From contig OZ024742.1 in assembly GCA_964016885.1 (NCBI GenBank), positions 374,914,001 to 374,978,000 of the forward strand: a stretch of 64,000 nt of DNA. The letters are read 5' to 3'. Position numbers and translations under genes: made by a program. Within the stretch, counting starts at the first letter, position 1; each line of letters opens with the position of its first letter. The notes below the pieces were generated by a model. The model had not been told where the DNA came from. It saw only the letters and a list, made by a program, of their open reading frames with translations, and did not search any database. Positions 37,901 through 52,500 of this stretch are shown here, in pieces. Source of the DNA: Eledone cirrhosa (Eukaryota).

Positions 37901-40900
37901 CGGTAGAGGCATTGACAGTGTATTGTGACCTTACAGGGTGGTAGGGGTATTGACAGTGTATGGTGACCCTACAGGGTGGTAGGGGCATTGACAGTGTATG
38001 GTGGCCCTACAGGATGGTAGGGGTATTGACAGTGTATGGTGACTCTACAGGGTGGTAGGGGTATTGACAGTGTCTCGTGACCTTACAGGGTGGTAGGGGT
38101 ATTGACAGTGTATGGTGACCTTACAGGGTGGTAAGGGTAATGACAGTGTATCGTGACCCTACAGGGGGGTAGGGGAATTGACAGTGTATGGTGACCCTAC
38201 AGGGTGGTTGGGGTATTGACAGTGTATGGTGACCCTACAGGGTGGAAGGGGTATTGACAGTGTATGGTGACCCTACACGGTGGTAGGGTTATTGACAGTG
38301 TCTGGTGACCCTATCGAGTGTTAAGGGCATTGACAGTGTATGGTGCCCTTACAGGTAGGTAGGGGCATTGACAGTGTCTGGTGAACTTACAGGGTGGTAG
38401 GGGCATTGACAATGTCTGGTGACCTTACAGGGTTGTAGGGGCATTGACAGTGTCAGGTGACCTTACAGGGTGGTAGGAGTATTGGCAGTGTATGGTGAGC
38501 TTACAGGGTGGTAGAGGCATTGACAGTGTCTGGTGACCTTACAGGGTGGTATGGGCATTGACAGTGTCTGGTGACCTTACAGGGTGGTAGGGGTATTGAC
38601 AGTGTCTGGTGACCTTACAGAGTGGTAGGGGCATTGACATTTTCTGGTGACCTTACAGGGTGGTAGGGGCATTGACAGTGTGTGGTGACCCTAGAGGGTG
38701 TTGGGGGCATTGAGAGTGTCTGGTGACCTTACAGGGTGGTCGGGGTCTTGACAGTGTCTGGTGAACTTACAGGGTGGTAGGGGTATTGACAGTGTATGGT
38801 GAACTTACAGGGTGGTAGGGGTATTGACAGTGTATGGTGACCTTACAGGGTGGTTGGGGCATTGACAGTGTCTGATGACCTTACAGGGTGGTAGGGGTGT
38901 TGACAGTGTCTGATGATCTTACAGGGTGGTAGGGGCATTGACAGTGTCTAGTGACCTTACAGGGTGGTAGGCGTATTGACAGTGTTTGGTGATCTTACAG
39001 GGCAGTAGGGGCATCGAGAGTGTCTGTTGACTCTACAGGGTGGTAGGGGTATTGACAGTGTATGGTGAACTTACAGGGTGGTAGGGGCATTGACAGTGTC
39101 TGGTGATCTTACAGGGTGGTAGGGGCATTGACAGTGTATGGTGACGCTACAGGGTGGTAGGGGTGTTGACGATGTCCGGTGAACTTACAGGGTGGTAGGG
39201 GTGTTGACAGTGTATGGTGACCCTGTAGGATGGTAGGGGTATTGACAGCGCCTGGTGACCCTAAAGGGTGGTAGGGGTATTGACAGTGTCTGGTGATCTT
39301 ACAGGGTGGTAGGGGTATTGACAGTGTCTGGTGACCTTACAGGGTGGCAGGGTTATTGACAGTGTATGGTGACCTTACAGGGTGGTAGGTTTATTGACAG
39401 TGTATGGTGACCTTACAGGGTGGTAGGGGCATTGACAGTGTATGGTGACCCTACAGGATGGTAGGGGTATTGATAGTGTTTGGTGACCTTACAGGATGGT
39501 AGGGGTATTGTTAGTGTCTGGTGACCCTAAAGGGTGGTAGGGGTATTGACAGAGTCTGGTGACCCTATAGTGTGGTGGGGGTATTGACAGTGTCTCGTGA
39601 TCTTACAGGGTGGTAGGGGCATTGACAGTGTATGGTAACCCTACAGGATGGTAGGGGTATTGATAGTGTCTGGTGACCTTACAGAATGGTAGGGGCATTG
39701 ACAGTGTCTGGTGACCTTACAGGGTGGCAGGGTTATTGATAGTGTATGGTGACCTTACAGGGTGGTAGGGTTATTGACAGTGTATGGTGACCTTACAGGG
39801 TGGTAGGGGCATTGACAGTGTCTAGTGACGCTACAGGGCGGTAGGGGCATTGACAGTGTATGGTGATCCTACAGGGTGGTAGGGGTATTGACAGTGTATG
39901 GTGATCCTACAGGGTGGTAGTGGCATTGATAGTGTATGGTGGCCCTACAGGGTGGTAGGGGTATTGACAGTGTATGGTGACCCTACAGGGTGGTAGGGGT
40001 ATTGACAGTGTCTCGTGAACTTACAGGGTGGTAGGGGTATTGACACTGTATGGTGACCTTACAGGGTGGTAAGGGTAATGACAGTGTATCGTGACCCTAC
40101 AGGGGGGTAGGGGAATTGACAGTGTATGGTGACCCTACAGGGTAGTTGGGGTATTGACAGTGTATGGTGACCCTACAGGGTGGTAGGGGTATTGATAGTG
40201 TATGGTGACCCTACAGGGTGGTAGGGTTATTGACAGTGTCTGGTGACCCTATCGAGTGTTAAGGGCATTAACAGTGTATGGTGCCCTTACAGGTAGGTAG
40301 GGGCATTTACAGTGTCTCGTGACCTTACAGGGTGGTAGGGGCATTGACAATGTCTGGTGACCTTACAGGGTTGTAGGGGCATTGACAGTGTCAGGTGACC
40401 TTACAGAGTGGTAGGGGCATTGACATTTTCTGGTGATCTTACAGGGTGGTACGGGCATTGACAGTGTGTGGTGACCCTACAGGGTGTTGGGGGCATTGAG
40501 AGTGTCTGGTGACCTTACAGGGTGGTAGGGGTCTTGACAGTGTCTGGTGAACTTACAGGGTGGTAGGGGTATTGACAGTGTCTGGTGACCTTACAGGGTG
40601 GTAGGGGTATTGACAGTGTATGGTGACCTTAAAGTGTGGTAGGGGCATTGACAGTGTCTGGTGACCTTACAGGGTGGTAGGGGTGTTGACAGTGTCTGAT
40701 GACCTTACAGGGTGGTAGGGGTATTGACAGTGTCTGGTGACGTTACAGGGTGGTAGGGGTATTGACAGTGTTTGGTGACCTTACAGGGTGGTAGGGGTAT
40801 TGACAGTGTTTGGTGACTTTACAGGGTGGTTGGGGCATTGACAGTGTCTGATGACCTTACAGGGTGGTAGGGGTATTGAGAGTGTCTGGTGACCTTACAG

Positions 40901-41720
40901 GGTGGTAGAGGTATTGACAGTGTTTGGTGATCTTACAGGGTGGTAGGGGCATTGACAGTGTCTGTTGACCCTACAGGGTGGTAGGGGTATTGACAGTGTA
41001 TGGTGACGCTACAGGGTGGTAGGGGTATTGACAGTGTATGGTGAACTTACAGGGTGGTAGTGGTATTGACAGTGTATGGTGACCCTACAGGGTGGTAGGG
41101 GTATTGACAGTGTCTGGTGACCTTACAGGGTGGTAGGGGCATTGACAGTGTCTGGTGATCTTACAGGGTGGTAGGGGCATTGACAGTGTATGGTGACGCT
41201 ACAGGGTGGTAGGGGTGTTGACGATGTCTGGTGAACTTACAGGGTGGTAGGGGTGTTGACAGTGTCTGGTGACCTTACAGGGTGGTAGGGACATTGACAG
41301 TGTCTGGTGACCCTACAGGGTGGTAGGGGTATTGACAGTGTCAGGTGACCCTACAGGGTGGTAGGTGTACTGACAGAGTCTGGTGACCTTACAGGTTGGT
41401 AGGGGTATTGACAGTGTATGGTGACCCTACATGGTGCTAGGGGCATTGACAGTGTATGGTGACCCTATAGGCTGGTAGGAGCATTGACAGTGTATAGGGA
41501 CCTCATAGGGTAGTAGGGGTATTGACAGTGTCGGTGACCTTACAGGGTGGTAGGGGTATTGACAGTGTATGGTGACACTACAGCGTGGTAGGGGCATTGA
41601 CAGTGTATGGTGACCTTACAGGGTGGTAGGGGCATTGACAGTTTATGGTGACCTTACAGGGTGGTAGGGGCATTGACAGTGTATGGTGACATTACAGGGT
41701 GGTAGGGGCATTGACAGTGT
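31910..41720. repeat. Near-identical tandem duplication of a ~129-monomer (~4.9 kb) block (~31.91-36.78 kb and ~36.78-41.72 kb)
   Basis: CTATCGAG at 32270/37171 and 33410/38311 (+4901), and at 35310/40249 (+4939). The ORF-track pair 32764/37665 is also offset by 4901 and differs by one residue. The TAGAGGG marker at ~31931/36794 marks the junction. Confidence 0.93.
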
Positions 41721-43599
41721 ATGGTGACCCTACAGGGTGGTAGGTGCATTGACAGTGTATGGTGACCTTACACGGTGGTAGGGGTATTGGCAGTGTATAG
41801 TGAACCTACAGGGTGGTAGGGGTATTGACAGTGTCTGGTGACCTTACAGGGTGGTAGGGGTATTGACAGTGTATGGTGACCTTACAGGGTGGTAGGGGCA
41901 TTGACAGTGTCTGGTGACCTTACAGGTTGGTGGGGGTGTTGACAGTGTCTGGTGACTTTACAGGGTGGTAGGGGTAATGACATTTACTGGTGACCTTACA
42001 GGGTGGTAGGGTTATTGACAGTGTCTGGTGACCTTACAGGGTGGTAGGGGCATTGACAGTGTATGGTGACCCTACAGAGTGGTAGGGGTATTGACAGTGT
42101 CTGGTGACCTTAAAGGTTGTAGGGGCATTGACAGTGTCTGGTGATCTTACAGGGTGATAGGGGCATTGACAGTGTATGGTGACGCTACAGGGTGGTAGGG
42201 GTGTTGACGATGTCTGGTGAACTTACAGGGTGATAGGGGTGTTGACAGTGTATGGTGACCCTATAGGGTGGTAGGGGTATTGACAGCGTCTGGTGACCCT
42301 AAAGGGTGGTAGGGGTATTGACAGAGTCTGGTGACCCTATAGTGTGGTAGGGGTATTGACAGTGTCTGGTGATCTTACAGGGTGGTAGGGGCATTGACAG
42401 TGTATGGTGACCCTACAGGATGGTAGGGGTATTGATAGTGTCTAGTGATTTTACAGGATGGTAGGGGTATTGATAGTGTCTGCTGACCTTACAGGATGGT
42501 AGGGGTATTGACAGTGCATGGTGACCCTACAGGGTGGTAGGGGTATTGACAGTGTCTGGTGACCTTACAGGGTGGTAGGGGCATTGACAGTGTCTGGTGA
42601 TCTTACATGGTGGTAGGGGTATTGACAGTGTCTGGTGAACCTACAGGGTGGTAGGGGCATTGACAGTGTATGGTGACCTTTCAGTGTGGTAGGGTTATTG
42701 ACGGGGTCTGGTGGCCTTACAGGGTGGTAGGGGCATTGACAGTGTCTGGTGACCTGACAAGGTGGTAGGGGTATTGACAGTGTCTGGTGACCCTACAGGG
42801 TGGTAGGGGCATTGACAGTGTATGGTGACCTTACAGTGTGGTAGGGTTATTGACGGGGTCTGGTGACCTTACAGGGTGGTAGGGGCATTGACAGTGTCTG
42901 GCGATCTTACAGGGTGGTAGGGGTATTGACAGTGTCTGATGACCCTACAGGGTGGTAGGGGCATTGACAGTGTATGGTGACCTCACAGTGTGGTAGGGTT
43001 ATTGACGGGGTCTGATGACCTTACAGGGTGGTAGGGGTATTGACAGTGTCTGGTGACCTTACAGGGTGATAGGGGTATTGACAGTGTCTAGTGACGCTAC
43101 AGGGCAGTAGGGGCATTGACAGTGTATTGTGACTCTACAGGGTGGTAGAGGTATTGACAGTGTATGGTGACCCTACAGGGTGGTAGGGGCATTGACAGTG
43201 TAAGGTAACCCTACAGGGTGGTAGGGGAATTGACAGTGTATGGTGACCCTACAGGGTGGTAGGGGTATTGACAGTGTATGGTGACCCTACAGGGTGGTAG
43301 GGGCATTGACAGTGTATGGTGGCCCTACAGGGTGGTAGGGGTATTGACAGTGTATGGTGACCCTACAGGGTGGTAGGGGTATTGACAGTGTCTCGTGACC
43401 TTACAGGGTGGTAGGGGTATTGACAGTGTATGGTGACCTTACAGGGTGGTAAGGTTAATGACAGTGTATCGTGACCCTACAGGGGGGTAGCGGAATTGAC
43501 AGTGTATGGTGACCCTACAGGGTGGTTGGGGTATTGACAGTGTATGGTGACCCTACAGGGTGGTAGGGGTATTGACAGTGTATGGTGACCCTACAGGGT

Positions 43600-46500
43600 G
43601 GTAGGGTTATTGACAGTGTCTGTTGACCCTATCGAGTGTTAAGGGCATTAACAGTGTATGCTGCACTTACAGGTAGGTAGGGGCATTGACAGTGTCTGGT
43701 GACCTTACAGGGTGGTAGGGGCATTGACAATGTCTGGTGACCTTACAGGGTTGTAGGGGCATTGATAGTGTCAGGTGACCTTACAGGGTGGTAGGAGTAT
43801 TGACAGTGTATGGTGAGCTTACAGGGTTGTAGGGGTATTGACAGTGTCTGGTGACCTTACAGAGTGGTAGGGGTATTGACATTTTCTGGTGACCTTACAG
43901 GATGGTAGGGGCATTGACAGTGTATGGTGACCTTAAAGTGTGGTAGGGGCATTGACAATGTCTGGTGAACCTACAGGGTGGTAGGGGTCTTGACAGTGTC
44001 TGTTGAACTTACAGGGTGGTAGGGGTATTGACATTGTCTGGTGACCTTACAGGGTGGTAGGGATATTGACAGTGTATGGTGACCTTAAAGTGTGGTAGGG
44101 GCATTGACTGTGTCTGGTGACCTTACAGGGTAGTAGGGGTGTTGACAGTGTTTGGTGACCTTACAGGGTGGTAGGGGTATTAACAGTGTCTGGTGACCTT
44201 ACAGGGTGGTAGGGGTATTGACAGTGTGTGGTGACCCTACAGGGTGTTGGGGGCATTGAGTGTGTCTGGTGACCTTACAGGGTGGTAGGGGTCTTGACAG
44301 TGTCTGGTTAACTTACAGGGTGGTAGGGGTATTGACAGTGTCTGGTGACCTTACAGGGTGGTAGGGGTATTGACAGTGTATGGTGACCTTAAAGTTTGGT
44401 AGGGGCATTGACAGTGTCTGGTAACCTGACAGGGTGGTAGGGGTGTTGACAGTGTATGGTGACCCTATAGGGGGGTAGGTGTGTTGACAGTGTCTGGTGA
44501 CCTTACAGCGTGGTAGGGGTATTGACAGTGTCTGATGACCTTACAGGGTGGTAGGGGTATTGACAGTGTCTGGTGCATTACAGGGTGGTAGGGGTATTGA
44601 CAGTGTATGGTGACCTTAAAGTTTGGTAGGGGCATTGACAGTGTATGGTGACCTTACAGGGTGGTAGGGGTATTGACAGTGTCTGATGACCTTACAGGGT
44701 GGTAGGGGTATTGACAGTGTCTGGTGACCTTACAGGGTGGTAGGGGTATTGACAGTGTATGGTGACCTTAAAGTTTGGTAGGGGCATTGACAGTGTATGG
44801 TGACCTTACAGGGTGGTAGGGGTATTGACAGTGTCTGATGACCTTACAGGGTGGTAGGGGTATTGACAGTGTCTGGTGACCTTACAGGGTGGTAGGGGTA
44901 TTGACAGTGTATGGTGACCTTAAAGTTTGGTAGGGGCATTGACAGTGTATGGTGACCTTACAGGGTGGTAGGGGTATTGACAGTGTCTGATGACCTTACA
45001 GCGTGGTAGGGGTATTGACAGTGTCTGATGACCTTACAGGGTGGTAGGGGTATTGACAGTGTCTGATGACCTTACAGGGTGGTAGGGGTATTGACAGTGT
45101 CTGGTGACCTTACAGGGTGGTAGGGGTATTGACAGTGTTTGGTGATCTTACAGGGTGGTAGGGGCATTGACAGTGTCTGGTGATCTTACAGGGTGGTAGG
45201 GGCATTGACAGTGTATGGTGACGCTACAGGGTGGTAGGGGTGTTGACAGTGTCTAGTGACCTTAGAGGGTGGTATGGGCATTGACAGTGTCTGGTGACCC
45301 TACAGGGTGGTAGGGGTATTGACAGTGTCTGGTGACCCTACAGGATGGTAGGTGTACTGACAGAGTCTGGTGACCTTACAGGGTGGCAGGGGTATTGACA
45401 GTGTATGGTGACCCTACATGGTGCTAGGGGCATTGACAGTGTATGGTCACCCTATAGGCTGGTAGGGGCATTGACAGTTTATGGTGACCTTACATGGTGG
45501 TAGGGGCATTGACAGTGTATGGTGACACTACAGGTTGGTAGGGGCATTGACAGTGTATGGTGACCTTACAGGGTGGTAGGGGCATTGACAGTTTATGGTG
45601 ACCTTACAGGGTGGTAGGGGCATTGACAGTGTATGGTGACATTACAGGGTGGTAGGGGCATTAACAGTGTATGGTGACCCTACAGGGTGGTAGGTTTATT
45701 GACAGTGTATGGTGAGCCTACAGGGTGGTAGGTGCATTGACAGTGTATGGTGACCTTACAGGGTGGTAGGGGTATTGGCAGTGTATGGTGAACCTACAGG
45801 GTGGTAGGGGCATTGACAGTGTATGGTGACCTTACAGGGTGGTAGGGGTATTGACAGTGTCGGTGACCTTACAGGGTGGTAGGGGTATTGACAGTGTATG
45901 GTGACACTACAGGGTGGTAGGGGCATTGACAGTGTATGGTGACCTTACAGGGTGGTAGGGGCATTGACAGTTTATGGTGACCTTACAGGGTGGTAGGGGC
46001 ATTGACAGTGTATGGTGACATTACAGGGTGGTAGGGGCATTGACAGTGTATGGTGACCCTACAGGGTGGTAGGTGTATTGACAGTGTATGGTGAGTCTAC
46101 AGGGTGGTAGGTGCATTGACAGTGTATGGTGACCTTACAGGGTGGTAGGGGTATTGACAGTGTCTGGTGACCTTAGAGGGTTGTAGGGGTATTGACAGTG
46201 TATGGTGACCTTACAGGGTGGTAGGGGCATTGACAGTGTCTGGTGACATTACAGGCTGGTAGGGGTCTTGACAGTGTCTGGTGACCTTACAGCGTGGTAG
46301 GGGTATTGACAGTGTCTGGTGACCCTACAGGGTGATAGGGGTTTTGATAATGTATGGCGACCCTACAGGGTGGTAGGGGCATTGACAGTGTAGGGTGATC
46401 CTACAGGGTGGTAGGGGCATTGACAGTGTATGGTGACCCTACAGGGTGGCAGGGGAATTAACAGTGTATGGTGACACTAAAGGGTGGTAGGGGTATTGAC

Positions 46501-49500
46501 AGTGTATGGTGACCTTACAGGGTGGTAGGGGCATTGACAGTGTATGGTGCCCCTACAGGGTGGTAGGGGTATTGACAGTGTAGGGTGACCCTACAGGGTC
46601 GTAGGGGCATTGACAGTGTATGGTGACTCTACAGGGTGGCAGGGGAATTGACAGTGTATGGTGACACTAAACGGTGGTAGGGGTATTGACAGTGTATGGT
46701 GACCTTACAGGGTGGTAGGGGCATTGACAGTGTATGGTGGCCCTACGGGGCGGTAGGTGAATTAACAGTGTATGGTGACCCTACAGGGTGGTAGGTGCAT
46801 TGACAGTGTCTGCTGACCTTACAGGGTGGTGGTGGTGTTGACAGTGTCTGATGACCTTACAGGGTGGTAGGGGTATTGACAGTGTCTGCTGACGTTACAG
46901 GGTGGTAGGGGCATTGACAGTGTCTGGTGACCTTACAGGGTGGTAGGGGCATTGACAGTGTCTGGTCACCTTACAGGGTGGTAGGAGTATTGACAGTGTA
47001 TGCTGAGCTTACAGGGTGGAAGGGGCATTGACAGTGTCTGTTGACTCTATCGAGTGTTAAGGGCATTGACAGTGTATGCTGCCCTTACAGGTAGGTAGGG
47101 GCATTGACAGTGTCTGGTGACCTTACAGGGTGGTAGGGGCATTGACAATGTCTGGTGACCTTACAGGGTTGTAGGGGCATTGACAGTGTCAGGTGACCTT
47201 ACAGGGTGGTAGGAGTATTGACAGTGTATGGTGAGCTTACTGGGTTGTAGGGGTATTGACAGTGTCTGGTGACCTTACAGAGTGGTAGGGGTATTGACAT
47301 TTTCTGGTGACCTTACAGGGTGGTAGGGGTCTTGACAGTGTCTGGTGAACTTACAGGGTGGTAGGGGTATTGACATTGTCTGGTGACCTTACAGGGTGGT
47401 AGGGATATTGACAGTGTATGGTGACCTTAAAGTGTGGTAGGGGCATTGACAGTGTCTGGTGACCTTACAGGGTAGTAGGGGTGTTGACAGTGTCTGATGA
47501 CCTTACAGGGTGGTATGGGTATTGACAGTGTTTGGTGACCTTACAGGGTGGTAGGGGTATTAACAGTGTCTGGTGACCTTACAGGGTGGTAGGGGTATTG
47601 ACAGTGTGTGGTGACCCTACAGGGTGTTGGGGGCATTGAGTGTGTCTGGTGACCTTACAGGGTGGTAGGGGTCTTGACAGTGTCTGGTTAACTTACAGGG
47701 TGGTAGGGGTATTGACAGTGTCTGGTGACCTTACAGGGTGGTAGGGGTATTGACAGTGTATGGTGACCTTAAAGTTTGGTAGGGGCATTGACAGTGTCTG
47801 GTGACCTGACAGGGTGGTAGGGGTGTTGACAGTGTATGGTGACCCTATAGGGGGGTAGGTGTGTTGACAGTGTCTGGTGACCTTACAGCGTGGTAGGGGT
47901 ATTGACAGTGTCTGATGACCTTACAGGGTGGTAGGGGTATTGACAGTGTCTGGTGACCTTACAGGGTGGTAGGGGTATTGACAGTGTATGGTGACCTTAA
48001 AGTTTGGTAGGGGCATTGACAGTGTATGGTGACCTTACAGGGTGGTAGGGGTATTGACAGTGTCTGATGACCTTACAGGGTGGTAGGGGTATTGACAGTG
48101 TCTGGTGACCTTACAGGGCGGTAGGTGTATTGACAGTGTATGGTGACCTTAAAGTTTGGTAGGGGCATTGACAGTGTATGGTGACCTTACAGGGTGGTAG
48201 GGGTATTGACAGTGTCTGATGACCTTACAGGGTGGTAGGGGTATTGACAGTGTCTGGTGACCTTACAGGGTGGTAGGGGTATTGACAGTGTATGGTGACC
48301 TTAAAGTTTGGTAGGGGCATTGACAGTGTATGGTGACCTTACAGGGTGGTAGGGGTATTGACAGTGTCTGATGACCTTACAGCGTGGTAGGGGTATTGAC
48401 AGTGTCTGATGACCTTACAGGGTGGTAGGGGTATTGACAGTGTCTGATGACCTTACAGGGTGGTAGGGGTATTGACAGTGTCTGGTGACCTTACAGGGTG
48501 GTAGGGGTATTGACAGTGTTTGGTGATCTTACAGGGTGGTAGGGGCATTGACAGTGTCTGGTGATCTTACAGGGTGGTAGGGGCATTGACAGTGTATGGT
48601 GACGCTACAGGGTGGTAGGGGTGTTGACGATGTCTGGTGAACTTACAGGGTGGTAGGGGTGTTGACAGTGTCTAGTGACCTTAGAGGGTGGTAGGGGCAT
48701 TGACAGTGTCTGGTGACCCTACAGGGTGGTAGGGGTATTGACAGTGTCTGGTGAACCTACAGGGTGGTAGGTGTACTGACAGAGTCTGGTGACCTTACAG
48801 GGTGGTAGGGGTATTGACAGTGTATGGTGACTCTACATGGTGCTAGGGGCATTGACAGTGTATGGTCACCCTATAGGCTGGTAGGGGCATTGACAGTTTA
48901 TGGTGACCTTACAGGGTGGTAGGGGCATTGACAGTGTATGGTGACACTACAGGGTGGTAGGGGCATTGACAGTGTATGGTGACCTTACAGGGTGGTAGGG
49001 GCATTGACAGTTTATGGTGACCTTACAGGGTGGTAGGGGCATTGACAGTGTATGGTGACATTACAGGGTGGTAGGGGCATTGACAGTGTATGGTGACCCA
49101 ACAGGGTGGTAGGTGTATTGACAGTGTATGGTGAGCCTACAGGGTGGTAGGTGCATTGACAGTGTATGGTGACCTTACAGGGTGGTAGGGGTATTGGCAG
49201 TGTATGGTGAACCTACAGGGTGGTAGGGGCATTGACAGTGTATGGTGACCTTACAGGGTGGTAGGGGTATTGACAGTGTCGGTGACCTTACAGGGTGGTA
49301 GGGGTATTGACAGTGTATGGTGACACTACAGGGTGGTAGGGGCATTGACAGTGTATGGTGACCTTACAGGGTGGTAGGGGCATTGACAGTTTATGGTGAC
49401 CTTACAGGGTGGTAGGGGCATTGACAGTGTATGGTGACATTACAGGGTTGTAGGGGCATTGACAGTGTCAGGTGACCTTACAGGGTGGTAGGAGTATTGA

Positions 49501-52500
49501 CAGTGTATGGTGGCCCTACAGGGTGGTAGGGGTATTGACAGTGTAGGGTGACCCTACAGGGTCGTAGGGGCATTGACAGTGTATGGTGACTCTACAGGGT
49601 GGCAGGGGAATTGACAGTGTATGGTGACACTAAACGGTGGTAGGGGTATTGACAGTGTATGGTGACCTTACAGGGTGGTAGGGGCATTGACAGTGTATGG
49701 TGGCCCTACAGGGTGGTAGGTGAATTAACAGTGTATGGTGACCCTACAGGGTGGTAGGTGCATTGACAGTGTCTGCTGACCTTACAGGGTGGTGGTGGTG
49801 TTGACAGTGTCTGATGACCTTACAGGGTGGTAGGGGTATTGACAGTGTCTGCTGACGTTACAGGGTGGTAGGGGCATTGACAGTGTCTGGTGACCTTACA
49901 GGGTGGTAGGGGCATTGACAGTGTCTGGTGATATTACAGGGTGGTAGGGGCATTGACAGTGTCTGGTCACCTTACAGGGTGGTAGGAGTATTGACAGTGT
50001 ATGCTGAGCTTACAGGGTGGAAGGGGCATTGACAGTGTCTGTTGACTCTATCGAGTGTTAAGGGCATTGACAGTGTATGCTGCCCTTACAGGTAGGTAGG
50101 GGCATTGACAGTGTCTGGTGACCTTACAGGGTGGTAGGGGCATTGACAATGTCTGGTGACCTTACAGGGTTGTAGGGGCATTGACAGTGTCAGGTGACCT
50201 TACAGGGTGGTAGGAGTATTGACAGTGTATGGTGAGCTTACAGGGTTGTAGGGGTATTGACAGTGTCTGGTGACCTTACAGAGTGGTAGGGGTATTGACA
50301 TTTTCTGGTGACCTTACAGGGTGGTAGGGGCATTGACAGTGTATGGTGACCTTAAAGTGTGGTAGGGGCATTGACAATGTCTGGTGAACCTACAGGGTGG
50401 TAGGGGTCTTGACAGTGTCTGGTGAACTTACAGGGTGGTAGGGGTATTGACATTGTCTGGTGACCTTACAGGGTGGTAGGGATATTGACAGTGTATGGTG
50501 ACCTTAAAGTGTGGTAGGGGCATTGACAGTGTCTGGTGACCTTACAGGGTAGTAGGGGTGTTGACAGTGTCTGATGACCTTACAGGGTGGTATGGGTATT
50601 GACAGTGTTTGGTGACCTTACAGGGTGGTAGGGTTATTAACAGTGTCTGGTGACCTTACAGGGTGGTAGGGGTATTGACAGTGTGTGGTGACCCTACAGG
50701 GTGTTGGGGGCATTGAGTGTGTCTGGTGACCTTACAGGGTGGTAGGGGTCTTGACAGTGTCTGGTTAACTTACAGGGTGGTAGGGGTATTGACAGTGTCT
50801 GGTGACCTTACAGGGTGGTAGGGGTATTGACAGTGTATGGTGACCTTAAAGTTTGGTAGGGGCATTGACAGTGTCTGGTGACCTGACAGGGTGGTAGGGG
50901 TGTTGACAGTGTATGGTGACCCTATAGGGGGGTAGGTGTGTTGACAGTGTCTGGTGACCTTACAGCGTGGTAGGGGTATTGACAGTGTCTGATGACCTTA
51001 CAGGGTGGTAGGGGTATTGACAGTGTCTGGTGACCTTACAGGGTGGTAGGGGTATTGACAGTGTATGGTGACCTTAAAGTTTGGTAGGGGCATTGACAGT
51101 GTATGGTGACCTTACAGGGTGGTAGGGGTATTGACAGTGTCTGATGACCTTACAGGGTGGTAGGGGTATTGACAGTGTCTGGTGACCTTACAGGGCGGTA
51201 GGGGTATTGACAGTGTATGGTGACCTTAAAGTTTGGTAGGGGCATTGACAGTGTATGGTGACCTTACAGGGTGGTAGGGGTATTGACAGTGTCTGATGAC
51301 CTTACAGGGTGGTAGGGGTATTGACAGTGTCTGGTGACCTTACAGGGTGGTAGGGGTATTGACAGTGTATGGTGACCTTAAAGTTTGGTAGGGGCATTGA
51401 CAGTGTATGGTGACCTTACAGGGTGGTAGGGGTATTGACAGTGTCTGATGACCTTACAGCGTGGTAGGGGTATTGACAGTGTCTGATGACCTTACAGGGT
51501 GGTAGGGGTATTGACAGTGTCTGATGACCTTACAGGGTGGTAGGGGTATTGACAGTGTCTGGTGACCTTACAGGGTGGTAGGGGTATTGACAGTGTTTGG
51601 TGATCTTACAGGGTGGTAGGGGCATTGACAGTGTCTGGTGATGTTACAGGGTGGTAGGGGCATTGACAGTGTATGGTGACGCTACAGGGTGGTAGGGGTG
51701 TTGACGATGTCTGGTGAACTTACAGGGTGGTAGGGGTGTTGACAGTGTCTAGTGACCTTAGAGGGTGGTAGGGGCATTGACAGTGTCTGGTGACCCTACA
51801 GGGTGGTAGGGGTATTGACAGTGTCTGGTGAACCTACAGGGTGGTAGGTGTACTGACAGAGTCTGGTGACCTTACAGGGTGGTAGGGGTATTGACAGTGT
51901 ATGGTGACTCTACATGGTGCTAGGGGCATTGACAGTGTATGGTCACCCTATAGGCTGGTAGGGGCATTGACAGTTTATGGTGACCTTACAGGGTGGTAGG
52001 GGCATTGACAGTGTATGGTGACACTACAGGGTGGTAGGGGCATTGACAGTGTATGGTGACCTTACAGGGTGGTAGGGGCATTGACAGTTTATGGTGACCT
52101 TACAGGGTGGTAGGGGCATTGACAGTGTATGGTGACATTACAGGGTGGTAGGGGCATTGACAGTGTATGGTGACCCAACAGGGTGGTAGGTGTATTGACA
52201 GTGTATGGTGAGCCTACAGGGTGGTAGGTGCATTGACAGTGTATGGTGACCTTACAGGGTGGTAGGGGTATTGGCAGTGTATGGTGAACCTACAGGGTGG
52301 TAGGGGCATTGACAGTGTATGGTGACCTTACAGGGTGGTAGGGGTATTGACAGTGTCGGTGACCTTACAGGGTGGTAGGGGTATTGACAGTGTATGGTGA
52401 CACTACAGGGTGGTAGGGGCATTGACAGTGTATGGTGACCTTACAGGGTGGTAGGGGCATTGACAGTTTATGGTGACCTTACAGGGTGGTAGGGGCATTG

